The notes under the pieces were generated by a model. It was not told where the DNA came from, made no database searches, and was given only the letters and a program-made list of their open reading frames with translations. The position numbers and the translations under genes were made by a program. Source: Mobiluncus sp. (GTDB taxonomy: Bacteria > Actinomycetota > Actinomycetes > Actinomycetales > Actinomycetaceae). Taken from it: a DNA stretch of 64,000 nt. Shown piece after piece: positions 56,054 to 64,000 of this stretch. The stretch lies in NCBI RefSeq assembly GCF_034180645.1, contig NZ_JAXFNY010000016.1:67006-131005 (forward strand). The letters run 5' to 3'. Each line of letters begins with the position of its first letter. The first letter of the stretch is position 1.

Positions 56054-56626
56054 AGTAAAGGCAGCCTTCCTTAAATTCGATGAAATCCGTTTCCCGCTAC
56101 ATGTCGGTTATTCCGATGTAGCTTCGGGGCAACCCACGTCAAATTTTGGGCGTAGGCTATCCGCGCTTTCCTGGCGCTATCCTTGCGACTTCGTCAAATT
56201 CCCTGGCAGAAATGCCCCTGACTCATGCGCCTCTAAGGTTTTCCGTAACAAACCAAGCCCTAGTTTGGCGGCGCGTCAGCTTTGACCTGAACACTCAGCC
56301 AATCGGCCTTGAGAAAACCCCATTAGTGAAAACATGAAATTGGTTTTCATTGTTCAGACATTCAATAGTTTCCCAGTTTTAGACCAGGCGAATCTCAGCT
56401 TACGGAAACCGGGGACTCCGCGAAAGACCCCACGCGTCCAGCCTTTTAGATTCACTCATAAGCCCATAATAATGCCGTTCACGAGGATGGTTTCGCGGTC
56501 TTTGGCGGGAATAAAGTCAGGGCCGTGACGGCTGCCCAGGTGCCGAATTTACCGAGGATTTAGCCAAATTAAGGGTTTATCCGGGCATGGTTCTTTGGTA
56601 AAGTTTTGCTGGCGGGAGGTGGCTAA

Positions 56627-57856
56627 GTGAGCAGGAAATCGAAGATTTGGATTGCCAGCATCCTGGCTGTGATTTCCGTTGCCGCCGCAATCGGCGGAAT
56701 CACCATGTACCTGGTCAACAAATGGGAAGTCATTGTCACCCTGAAAGGCGACTCCACCAGCACTGTTGAATACGGCGACACGTGGAAAGACCCCGGCGCC
56801 ACCGCTTATGGAACCAGCACCCTGTTCACCTTTACTCACGACGACCTCAAGCTACACACCACCGGAAAAGTCGATACTTCCAAAGTCGGCACTTATGAAA
56901 TCACTTATGCGGCGAAATACCGCGGAGTCGAGGGAAAAAAGACCCGCAAAGTGACGGTACGGGATTCTAAGCCGCCCGCCATCACGGTCGACGGCGGGGA
57001 ACAGATTACCCTCCCCTACGGCCTGCCCTGGCAGGACTCCTATTCCGCGACAGACAACGTGGACGGCGATTTGACCGCGAAAGTCCAGGTCGACGGCCAG
57101 GTAAACGTGAACGCGGCGGGGTCATACACGTTGCGCTACCAAGTCTCGGACTCCAGTGGAAACCAGGGCACAGCGACCCGCCAGGTCACCGTGATGACCC
57201 CCGTTGCCCCCAACGCCGACCCGGCGGCAGGCTTGGACAAAGTTATCTATCTAACCTTTGACGATGGACCTGGCCCGGCGACGTCGCACTTGCTCGATAT
57301 TCTGGCCACCAAAGGGGTGAAGGCAACCTTCTTTGTGACCAACACCATGGGACACCCGGACATGATTGGGCGCGCCTACCGAGAGGGGCACTCGGTGGGG
57401 ATTCACACCTATACCCACCAGTATTCTCAGATTTACGCCAGCGACGACGCCTACTGGGCGGACTTCGACCGCATGGCGCATATAATTCGCGACCAGACCG
57501 GTCAGGACACCCGGATGATGCGGTTCCCCGGAGGCAGCTCCAACACCGTGAGCCGCAACTACTCGCCCGGAATCATGAGCCGGCTGACCAGACTCATGGT
57601 CGTGAAAGGCTACACCTATTTTGACTGGAACGTGGACAGCGGAGACGGCACTGGGCATTCCACCAGCGCTTCCGTGTTCCAACGCATTACCGCCGGAGTG
57701 CAGGGCAAATCGGTGTCTGTAGTCCTGTGCCACGACACTCACCCCACCACCGTCGACGCGATGCCCCAGGTCATCGACTGGGCCAAGCAAAACGGCTACA
57801 CCTTCCTGCCGCTCGCCCCCGGCAGCTATCCAGCGCACCACCGGGTAGCGAACTAA
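56627..57856 (+). CDS. membrane-anchored polysaccharide deacetylase (NodB) with Ig-like repeats
   Basis: 409 aa from a GTG start. N-terminal TM, then two Ig-like/DUF5011-like repeats (YGDTWKDPGATA..., YSATDNVDGDLT), then NodB motifs TFDDGP and HTYTH. Confidence 0.85.
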   Translation: MSRKSKIWIASILAVISVAAAIGGITMYLVNKWEVIVTLKGDSTSTVEYGDTWKDPGATAYGTSTLFTFTHDDLKLHTTGKVDTSKVGTYEITYAAKYRGVEGKKTRKVTVRDSKPPAITVDGGEQITLPYGLPWQDSYSATDNVDGDLTAKVQVDGQVNVNAAGSYTLRYQVSDSSGNQGTATRQVTVMTPVAPNADPAAGLDKVIYLTFDDGPGPATSHLLDILATKGVKATFFVTNTMGHPDMIGRAYREGHSVGIHTYTHQYSQIYASDDAYWADFDRMAHIIRDQTGQDTRMMRFPGGSSNTVSRNYSPGIMSRLTRLMVVKGYTYFDWNVDSGDGTGHSTSASVFQRITAGVQGKSVSVVLCHDTHPTTVDAMPQVIDWAKQNGYTFLPLAPGSYPAHHRVAN

Positions 57857-57965
57857 GCTCATTCGTGATGTTCACCAGGGCGGTCGCGGGTGCACAAGGG
57901 TGGTTGCGGGGGTCACAAGGTCGGTCGCGAGGCCGGGTAGGTACGTTAGGCCCGGTGGCGCGTAA

Positions 57966-58100
57966 CGGGCAGAAAGCCGCGCGGGCGGGACAGGCACGAG
58001 CCTCTCCCTAGGCGATCGCCTCTGCCTCGCCCTCGGCAAACGCATGGGCGCCACCGTCCTGACCGCCGACAGAGCCTGGGGCGAGGGCACAAAGGGATTG
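57966..58100 (+). pseudogene. C-terminal fragment of a PIN-domain VapC toxin
   Basis: The frame opening after TAA at 57963-57965 reads ...LSLGDRLCLALGKRMGATVLTADRAWGEG. That is the characteristic C-terminal block of VapC toxins. No N-terminal PIN part is present. Confidence 0.4.
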
Positions 58101-58134
58101 AACAGATTCGGTAGGGCCACGACCCTACGATGTT

Positions 58135-58608
58135 TTATTTTGCCTCTTTGCGGTGACTGCTGGCTTCCAGAGCTTTCGCCGCGAACTTGTCGAAGTCGGA
58201 CCGATAGCTGGCGTCTTGGGTAAATCCGGTGGCCCACTGGCGGAACTGAGTGGCGCGAATGGAGTTCACGCGATAGCCCACCGAGATAATCGCGTCCAGG
58301 TTGTAGTGCTTCGTCACGTAAGATTTGCCATCACTGGCAGTTATCCGGAATTTCCGGATAACTGAATTTTCCTGCAATTCCTCGGAAACAAAAATGTTCC
58401 CCAAATGCTCACTGATAGTCCTCACATCCACATCAAAGAGCTGAGCCATCAGCTTTTGCGTCAGCCAAATCGTGCCGTCTTGGTAACGCACTTCAATGCC
58501 CTCGCCCGCCTCAGCCGTGAAGACCAGGAACTGCCCGGAATCATGCTTGATCATTGTCTGAAACTCGGTGTTTCCCAAGCTCGTTTGAGGTTTAGTCGTC
58601 TGTGCCAT
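58135..58608 (-). CDS. RhuM-family protein, shortened (possible remnant)
   Basis: 157 aa. The N-terminal ~130 aa match the RhuM pattern as I remember it (WLTQKLMAQLFDVDVRTISEHLGNIF, YNLDAIISVGYRVNSIRATQFRQWAT). I recall family members being roughly twice this length. Confidence 0.55.
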   Translation of the reverse strand: MAQTTKPQTSLGNTEFQTMIKHDSGQFLVFTAEAGEGIEVRYQDGTIWLTQKLMAQLFDVDVRTISEHLGNIFVSEELQENSVIRKFRITASDGKSYVTKHYNLDAIISVGYRVNSIRATQFRQWATGFTQDASYRSDFDKFAAKALEASSHRKEAK

Positions 58609-58837
58609 CGCGCTTCTCTCGGTCGTTCTTTGGTGGGGTTTTCCGCACTCAACACATCACTTATGAGTCTAAACCAAACCCCTCACACAAAAAGAGACCC
58701 CCTTACCCCGGACGGTAGCTACCCGCGACGCTAGCTAGATCCTTGCCCCAGCACCCGCCCTTGTGCACTACCTATTCACCGATATACCAAACAGGCATAC
58801 AATGGATATACAATGTACTACTTTCGGGCAAGGGGTG

Positions 58838-59143
58838 ATGGGTATGACAACCTCCACAGCAGCCCGGATTAACTTCCGCACCGATGCACAAACTAAGCAA
58901 TCTGCCGAGGAACTCTTTGACGCCCTGGGGCTTGATATGTCCACGGCGCTCAATATGTTCTTAAAGCAAGCGGTGCGTGAACAGGCACTTCCCATCCGTC
59001 CTGCCCTCGCCTACGTTCCCAACGCGCAAACCGCTCGTGCCATCGAGGATGCCCAGAAGGTGATTGACGGCGAGAAACCCGAAACCGGGGAAGTATTTGA
59101 CAACGCCCACCAGGCGGCACAATTCCTGGACAACCTCTCATGA
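58838..59143 (+). CDS. RelB/DinJ-family type II antitoxin (orphan)
   Basis: MGMTTSTAARINFRTDAQTKQSAEELFDALGLDMSTALNMFLKQAV is a ribbon-helix-helix DinJ pattern. The stop overlaps an ATG (ATGA) that opens only a short toxin-like stub, MKIIFDS. Confidence 0.7.
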   Translation: MGMTTSTAARINFRTDAQTKQSAEELFDALGLDMSTALNMFLKQAVREQALPIRPALAYVPNAQTARAIEDAQKVIDGEKPETGEVFDNAHQAAQFLDNLS

Positions 59144-59187
59144 AAATTATCTTTGACAGCCCCCCAGCGGCACCGCACCAGGATAAC

Positions 59188-60181
59188 TGGGGGCGACCGA
59201 GCGGCGCGAACCCGGACCCACCGAGGTTTACTTTGAAATCAAATACGCCGGCATCTGCCACAGCGACATCCACACCGGTCGCGGCGAATGGGGGCCGGCC
59301 ATCTATCCGCTGACGCCCGGCCACGAAATCGCCGGCATTGTCACCAAGATTGGAACGAACGTTACAAAGTTCAAGGTTGGCGACCGTGTCGGCGTCGGCT
59401 GCTTTGTCGATTCCTGCGGGCATTGCGAAACCTGTAAGGTCGGCAACGAGCAATTCTGCCTGACAGACGGCGGCACCATCTGGACTTATAACTGCCTGGG
59501 ACGCGACGGCGTGCCCACCGCTGGCGGTTATTCCCAAGGCATCACGGTCGAACAGGACTACATCTGCCACATCCCCGATTCCATCGAGCTTGACGCAGCC
59601 GCGCCGATTATGTGCGCCGGCATCACGCTGTATTCCCCGCTGACCCGCTGGGGTGCGGCCCGGGCAAAAAGGTCGCCATCGTTGGTATGGGCGGGCTTGG
59701 CCACATGGGCGTTCAGATCGCGGCAGCCCTCGGCGCCGAGACGCACGTCATCTCGCGCACCCGCGCCAAGGAAGCCGACGCGAAGCGCTTCGGTGCCGTC
59801 GAACTGCACCCCACCAGCAAAGACGGCGTCTGGGAATCGATGGAGGGTGAGTTCGACCTGATCGTTTCCACGCTGTCCGACGGCGTTTCTGTCGATGACC
59901 TGCTGGCCTGCGTGAAACCCCAGGGTGCAGTCGCCATCGTCGGCCTTCCCGAACATCGCCAAGAGTTCACCATGGCTGGACTGGTCGGTCCACAAAAGGT
60001 CCTGGCTGGCTCGAACATCGCCGGCATTGCCAAGACCCAGGAAGTCCTGGATTTCTGTGCGAAGCACAACATCGCCCCCCAGCTCGAAGTCATCAGCGGC
60101 GATAAAATCAACGAGACCTGGGACAACGTAGTGAGCGCCAAGGTGCGTTACCGCTACGTCATCAACACGTCCACGTTCTGA
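59188..60181 (+). pseudogene. zinc-dependent NAD(P) alcohol dehydrogenase, 5'-truncated and frameshifted
   Basis: Reads ...EVYFEIKYAGICHSDIHTGRGEWG...PGHEIAG...CGHCETC...LTRWGA, then shifts frame near 59650; the expected GPGKKVAIVGMGGLGH continues in the 59612..60181 ORF. The first ~20 codons are missing, with an in-frame TAA at about 59185. Confidence 0.75.
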
Positions 60182-60417
60182 TTCCTTTCCCTTCAATAGG
60201 TTCCCCGGTCAACGGCTTCTTCTGGCTCGCTTTTCCGGGTGGTTCTGGTTTGGTTGGATAACTGCGTCTCATTATTCGATGCGTTTTGTCTCATATTGTA
60301 ATATCTACTGGACATAGCGGTTTTTCACCCGCTATGCTGAACCACCGTAAGCGAAACCACACAAAAACCGGGCGGAACCGAAAACCGACCCGAAAGGCCT
60401 ATTGAAGGAAAAGAATT

Positions 60418-61476
60418 ATGAACAAGATTGCGGGAATCGGCGCCTTCCTGGTCGGAAGCCTGATCACTTTATTCATCTGTATGCCGTTCATGCTCTCGGC
60501 GCGCGATTGCACCACCCCCGGTGCCGCAGCCGCGAACAACGCCGCGGGTGCGAGCTCGGGCGCAACTGCCAACACCAAGGTCATCGAGGTCGGCCTGTTG
60601 CAGCTGATGAGCCACCCCTCGCTCGACGACATTCGCCAGGGTATTTATGACGGCTTGGCCGAACGCGGGTACACGGACGGGGAAAACATTCGCATTGAGT
60701 ACGAAAACGGCCAGGGTGACCAAACCCTGCTGAAGACGATTTCGGATCAATTCATGGCGGACAAAAAGGACTACCTGGTGGGCATTGCGACCCCGGCGGC
60801 CCAGGCGCTGGCGAACTCGTCCCAAGATTCTGTACCGGTCGTTATCTCTGCCGTCAGCGATCCTGTGGGCGTCGGCTTGGTGAAGGACAACAAGGCGCCC
60901 GGCGTGAACGTGACCGGCACCTCGGATCAGGCTCCCGTCAAGGCGCAGTTGGACCTGGTGAAGCAAATCATGCCCGACGCGAAACGCCTGGGAATCCTGT
61001 ATTCGAGTTCGTCGCAGAACGTTGGCGAATCCGTGGCCGAAGCGAAGCGCCTGGCTCCCGAGTACGGGTGGAGCGCGGTCGAGGCGACTATCACGACCAC
61101 GAACGACTTGGCGCAGGTCGCCGAACAGTTGGCCGGTGACGTGGACATGATTTTTGTACCGAACGATAACGTCATTGCTTCGGCCATGCCGACGCTCATT
61201 GCGGCGACCGATTCGCGCGGCGTGCCGGTGTTTCCGGTCGTGGACGCGATGGTGCAGGAAGGCGGCCTGGCAACGGTCGGCATCAACCAGCACCAGCTGG
61301 GGGTCGATACGGGTTACATCCTGGCGGACCTGATTGAAGGCAAGAAAGCCGCGGAATACCCGATCAAATTCACGGATAAGGTCGACACGATTGTGAACCT
61401 GGTGAAGGCGAAAGCCCTGGGTATCACCATTCCGGCCGACTTGGCCGCGTCCGCGAAAGACGTCAGCGCGAACTGA
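60418..61476 (+). CDS. ABC transporter substrate-binding protein (PF04392 / ABC_sub_bind type)
   Basis: 352 aa. N-terminal hydrophobic anchor, then VIEVGLLQLMSHPSLDDIRQGIYDGL...IGIATPAAQAL...VVISAVSDPVGVGLV, typical of this SBP family. Confidence 0.85.
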   Translation: MNKIAGIGAFLVGSLITLFICMPFMLSARDCTTPGAAAANNAAGASSGATANTKVIEVGLLQLMSHPSLDDIRQGIYDGLAERGYTDGENIRIEYENGQGDQTLLKTISDQFMADKKDYLVGIATPAAQALANSSQDSVPVVISAVSDPVGVGLVKDNKAPGVNVTGTSDQAPVKAQLDLVKQIMPDAKRLGILYSSSSQNVGESVAEAKRLAPEYGWSAVEATITTTNDLAQVAEQLAGDVDMIFVPNDNVIASAMPTLIAATDSRGVPVFPVVDAMVQEGGLATVGINQHQLGVDTGYILADLIEGKKAAEYPIKFTDKVDTIVNLVKAKALGITIPADLAASAKDVSAN

Positions 61477-61533
61477 AACCGGGGCAAGTGGGTTTTTTGA
61501 TGTCAACAAAAAACCCACGGGAGGGAGAGAATC

Positions 61534-62439
61534 ATGGAAATCTTATTGAGCGCGCTGGCCCAAGGCGCCATCTGGACAGTCATGGGTATCGGCGTCTACA
61601 TCACCTTCCGCGTCCTGAACGAAGCGGATCTGACGACCGAGGCGTCATTCACCTTGGGCGCAGCCATCGGTGCACAGCTTTTGGTGCTGGGCATGAATCC
61701 CGTGCTGGCGCTGTTGGTGGCCTTCCTGATGGGGGCGGCCGCTGGGGCGATTACCGCCTTGCTGATCACAAAGGTGCACATCAACTCGCTTTTGGCGGGC
61801 ATCATCACGATGACCGGGCTGTACTCAATCAACCTCGGTTTCCTGGGGGCGGCGAACCTGTCGCTTTCGGCGGTGCCTTCGTTGAAAACTCAGTTGGGTT
61901 CAATAGGCCTCCCGCGTAACGTTGACACGTTGGTGTTGGGTATCGTGGTGGTGGCGATTGCGGTCGCGGCCCTGAGCTTCTTCTTCCGCACCGACATGGG
62001 TCAAGCCCTGATTGCGACCGGTGACAACCCGATTATGGCAAAGTCCCTGGGGATTTCCACGGGCGGGATGCTGATGTTGGGATACATGATCGGCAACGGA
62101 CTCATTGCGACTTCCGGGTACCTGGTAGCGACCGACAACGGTTATGCCGACATCTCGATGGGCATCGGTTCCCTGGTCATTGGGCTGGCGGCCATCATCA
62201 TTGGTGAGGTCGTTATCCGCAACGTGTCGCTGCCGGTACGCCTGTTGGCGATTTTTGTCGGCTCGGTGATCTATCGCTTGCTTTTGGCGCTGGTGTTGCG
62301 TTTCAACTTCGACACCGACAACTTCAAGCTACTCTCGGCGGTCGTGCTGGGCCTGTGCCTGTCGATTCCGACCCTGCAGAAATTCTTCCGCGAGCGCAAA
62401 GCCCGCAACGCGGCCGTAAAGGAGGTGGCTCTGGCATGA
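61534..62439 (+). CDS. ABC transporter permease (BPD_transp_2-like)
   Basis: 301 aa, multi-TM, directly downstream of the SBP gene. Confidence 0.85.
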   Translation: MEILLSALAQGAIWTVMGIGVYITFRVLNEADLTTEASFTLGAAIGAQLLVLGMNPVLALLVAFLMGAAAGAITALLITKVHINSLLAGIITMTGLYSINLGFLGAANLSLSAVPSLKTQLGSIGLPRNVDTLVLGIVVVAIAVAALSFFFRTDMGQALIATGDNPIMAKSLGISTGGMLMLGYMIGNGLIATSGYLVATDNGYADISMGIGSLVIGLAAIIIGEVVIRNVSLPVRLLAIFVGSVIYRLLLALVLRFNFDTDNFKLLSAVVLGLCLSIPTLQKFFRERKARNAAVKEVALA

Positions 62440-63311
62440 GCACCGCGAACGTAACTCAGAGCGAAAACCCGACCGGGAAGGCTATTGAATTGGAAACGAC
62501 AGCAACCCAGAATGGAACGGACGGTACAAAAATGGTATTGCGCCTGGAAAACGTCAATAAGGCATTCCACCAGCGCACCGCCGACGTCTACCAGGCCTTG
62601 CGCGGGGTGTCCCTGGAGGTGCCCGAGGGCGACTTCATCACCATCGTCGGCGGCAATGGGGCAGGGAAATCGACCTTGTTGAACGTCATTTCCGGCTCGA
62701 TTTTGGTCGATTCGGGCGCTGTCAAGATTGACGAGCGCGATGTGACCCGCGTGGTAGAGGAAGACCGCGCGGCGCTGGTGGGGCGTATTTTCCAGGATCC
62801 CAAGCTGGGGACCGCGCCGCGCATGACCGTGGCCGAGAACCTGTTATTGGCGCAAAAACGCGGGGAAAACCGGGGTTTTCGGGTTTCCATGACCGAGGCG
62901 AAACGGGCGGAATTCCGCTCGGTTTTGGCGCCGCTGCAGCTGGGGCTCGAGGACCGCTTGGACACCGAGATTGGCGTCCTTTCGGGCGGGCAAAGACAGT
63001 CTGTAGCCTTGATTATGGCGACGTTAAAGGCTCCGCGGCTGCTGTTGCTCGATGAGCACACGGCCGCACTGGATCCCAAAACCGCTAAGAAGGTGTTGAG
63101 CTATACCGCGCGGGTTGTGGCCGAACACGGCCTGACCGCCTTGATGATTACCCACCACCTGAAGGACGCGCTGTCCTACGGGAACCGGATGCTGGTCATG
63201 AACCACGGCCGGATTGTCCACGATTTCGACGCTTCGGCGAAGGCGGCTATGACAGACGCTGAGCTGTACACGATGGTCGGCGAGCTGGAGGACGAAGACG
63301 TGGAGCAATGA
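62436..63311 (+). CDS. ABC transporter ATP-binding protein
   Basis: GGNGAGKSTL, LSGGQRQSVALIMA, LLLDEHTAALD. I chose ATG 62436, which overlaps the permease stop as ATGA. Confidence 0.9.
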   Translation: MSTANVTQSENPTGKAIELETTATQNGTDGTKMVLRLENVNKAFHQRTADVYQALRGVSLEVPEGDFITIVGGNGAGKSTLLNVISGSILVDSGAVKIDERDVTRVVEEDRAALVGRIFQDPKLGTAPRMTVAENLLLAQKRGENRGFRVSMTEAKRAEFRSVLAPLQLGLEDRLDTEIGVLSGGQRQSVALIMATLKAPRLLLLDEHTAALDPKTAKKVLSYTARVVAEHGLTALMITHHLKDALSYGNRMLVMNHGRIVHDFDASAKAAMTDAELYTMVGELEDEDVEQ

Positions 63312-63386
63312 GTTTTTAGTCCCGGCTTAAAAACTCATTGCGTTCTCCCCAAACAGAAAATCGACGGGACAAGCCCGCCGATTTTC

Positions 63387-63449
63387 GTGGAGCATAGGGG
63401 ATTCCGCGATTTCACCAAACAAAATCGGGTTCGAATCCCCTGCTCCACA
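63387..63449 (+). other. tRNA-like acceptor/T-arm minihelix (tRNA-derived remnant or small structured RNA)
   Basis: The 3' part GGTTCGAATCCCCTGCTCCAC-A looks like a tRNA T-loop plus acceptor. GTGGAGC (63387-63393) pairs with GCTCCAC (63442-63448), and AGGGGAT (63396-63402) pairs with ATCCCCT (63435-63441). No D or anticodon arm can be drawn. Confidence 0.3.
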
Positions 63450-63462
63450 ATAAATTGAAAAC

Positions 63463-63487
63463 GGGTGGGTTTTGACCCACCCTTTTT
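63463..63487 (+). terminator. rho-independent terminator
   Basis: GGGTGGGT-TTTG-ACCCACCC followed by TTTTT. Lies downstream of the ABC operon and the tRNA-like element. Confidence 0.6.
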
Positions 63488-63677
63488 CAATTTTGTTACT
63501 TAGACGTTCATTTTGATACAAGGCTTTAGGACTGTGCAAAATCGAGGTGGGTGTGTGCAAATACCCTTAGGTGGGTGCAAATTCCGAGTGTTGGGTTCAT
63601 TCCAATGGTTTGGCTAGTCGCAGTTTTTCCCGACGGATGACGTTTCGGATTTGATTGGGACTCGAAGCAGTATTTCG

Positions 63678-64000
63678 TTAAGAGATTCGGGTCAATAACT
63701 CTTTTACGCGCTTGGTAATCTCGTCGCGGATTTCGCGTACGACCTCTACGGGTTCACCCGACGGATCAGCGACCTCCCAGTCTTCATAGTGGGTTCCGGG
63801 GAAAATTGGGCATGATTCGCCACATCCCATCGTGATTACCCAATCTGCCATCTTCACTTTCGCCGGATCAAGTTTTTCTGGCTGCGCAAACGGCTCTATC
63901 CCTATTTCGGCGAGGGCCTCGCGCACCTCGGGGTGTACTTCCTCGGCCGGTTCGGTGCCTGCGCTCATGATGGTCACGTCAGAGCTGGCTAGTTCTTGCG
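63678..64000 (-). CDS. arsC: arsenate reductase, LMW-PTP type (5' end beyond window)
   Basis: The C-terminal part ...SAGTEPA...WVITMGCGESCP...EDWEVADPSG is typical. The frame stays open upstream of the track's GTG start (…QELASSDVTIMSAGT) to the window edge. Confidence 0.8.
   Translation of the reverse strand, partial: QELASSDVTIMSAGTEPAEEVHPEVREALAEIGIEPFAQPEKLDPAKVKMADWVITMGCGESCPIFPGTHYEDWEVADPSGEPVEVVREIRDEITKRVKELLTRIS

Noticed and set aside
56054-56626. 570-bp gap between the LAxTG gene and the deacetylase gene as a hidden gene or ncRNA
   Set aside because: I found no convincing ORF, repeat or conserved RNA motif by eye, only short frame fragments. I leave it as an unexplained spacer or promoter region.
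58950-60196. Two minus-strand ORFs (206 and 212 aa)
   Set aside because: They are antisense to the alcohol dehydrogenase pseudogene, whose plus-strand homology (GHEIAG, CGHCETC, GMGGLGH) is clear.
60469-61518. 349-aa minus-strand ORF
   Set aside because: It is a shadow of the PF04392-type SBP gene. It is Arg/His/Val-rich and low in information.
63387-63449. A bona fide tRNA gene
   Set aside because: It is only ~62 nt. No D arm or anticodon arm can be drawn, and the canonical T-stem position pairs only 3 bp. I kept it as a tRNA-like element or remnant, not a tRNA.
1-64000. CRISPR arrays, rRNA genes, IS elements, integrases, prophage or known defence-system genes (RT, Cas, Cyclase/SMODS, etc.)
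   Set aside because: None of the translated ORFs shows the corresponding motifs, and no regularly spaced repeat array was seen. The only mobile-element-like traces are the remnants reported in the findings.

Overview
High-GC actinobacterial chromosome segment; gene order looks Actinomycetales/Actinomycetaceae-like. I see no rRNA, canonical tRNA, CRISPR array, integrase or transposase. Layout: (1) 0.8-11.6 kb, minus strand, is the conserved housekeeping block xerC-dprA-comM-yraN-DUF2469-rnhB-lepB-rplS-trmD-rimM-KH-rpsP. Its oddities are a TrmD-GNAT fusion and a long disordered N-terminus on LepB. (2) 11.7-13.8 kb holds Nudix, NifX-like and peptidase E genes. (3) 13.8-18.6 kb is a three-gene minus-strand operon: a single-chain XRE-HTH + MNT-like + HepT/HEPN-like fusion with eroded catalytic motifs, followed by an asymmetric heterodimeric ABC exporter. 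This is my best candidate for an undescribed system. (4) 18.7-21.5 kb is a polar amino-acid ABC importer behind a lysine riboswitch. (5) 21.6-22.9 kb holds an atypical Ogt and a nitroreductase. (6) 23.1-37.3 kb is a complete beta-glucuronide/hexuronate (Ashwell) catabolic block plus cadD, bracketed by a 42-bp direct repeat. (7) 37.6-49.0 kb is a sialic-acid catabolism and uptake locus (nagBA-nanEKA, a Dpp-type ABC system with a fused permease-ATPase, and a GntR regulator). (8) 49.1-57.9 kb holds the UPF0237/UPF0210 pair, purT, GlsB, an NSS transporter, a CDF transporter, a tiny LAxTG protein and a NodB deacetylase. (9) 57.9-60.2 kb is a decay zone: VapC fragment, truncated RhuM, orphan DinJ antitoxin, and a truncated, frameshifted alcohol dehydrogenase. 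(10) 60.4-63.3 kb is a PF04392-type ABC importer. It is followed by a tRNA-like minihelix, a terminator, iterated repeats and a partial arsC at the window edge. All calls come from reading the translations and sequence and from remembered family motifs; no searches were run.
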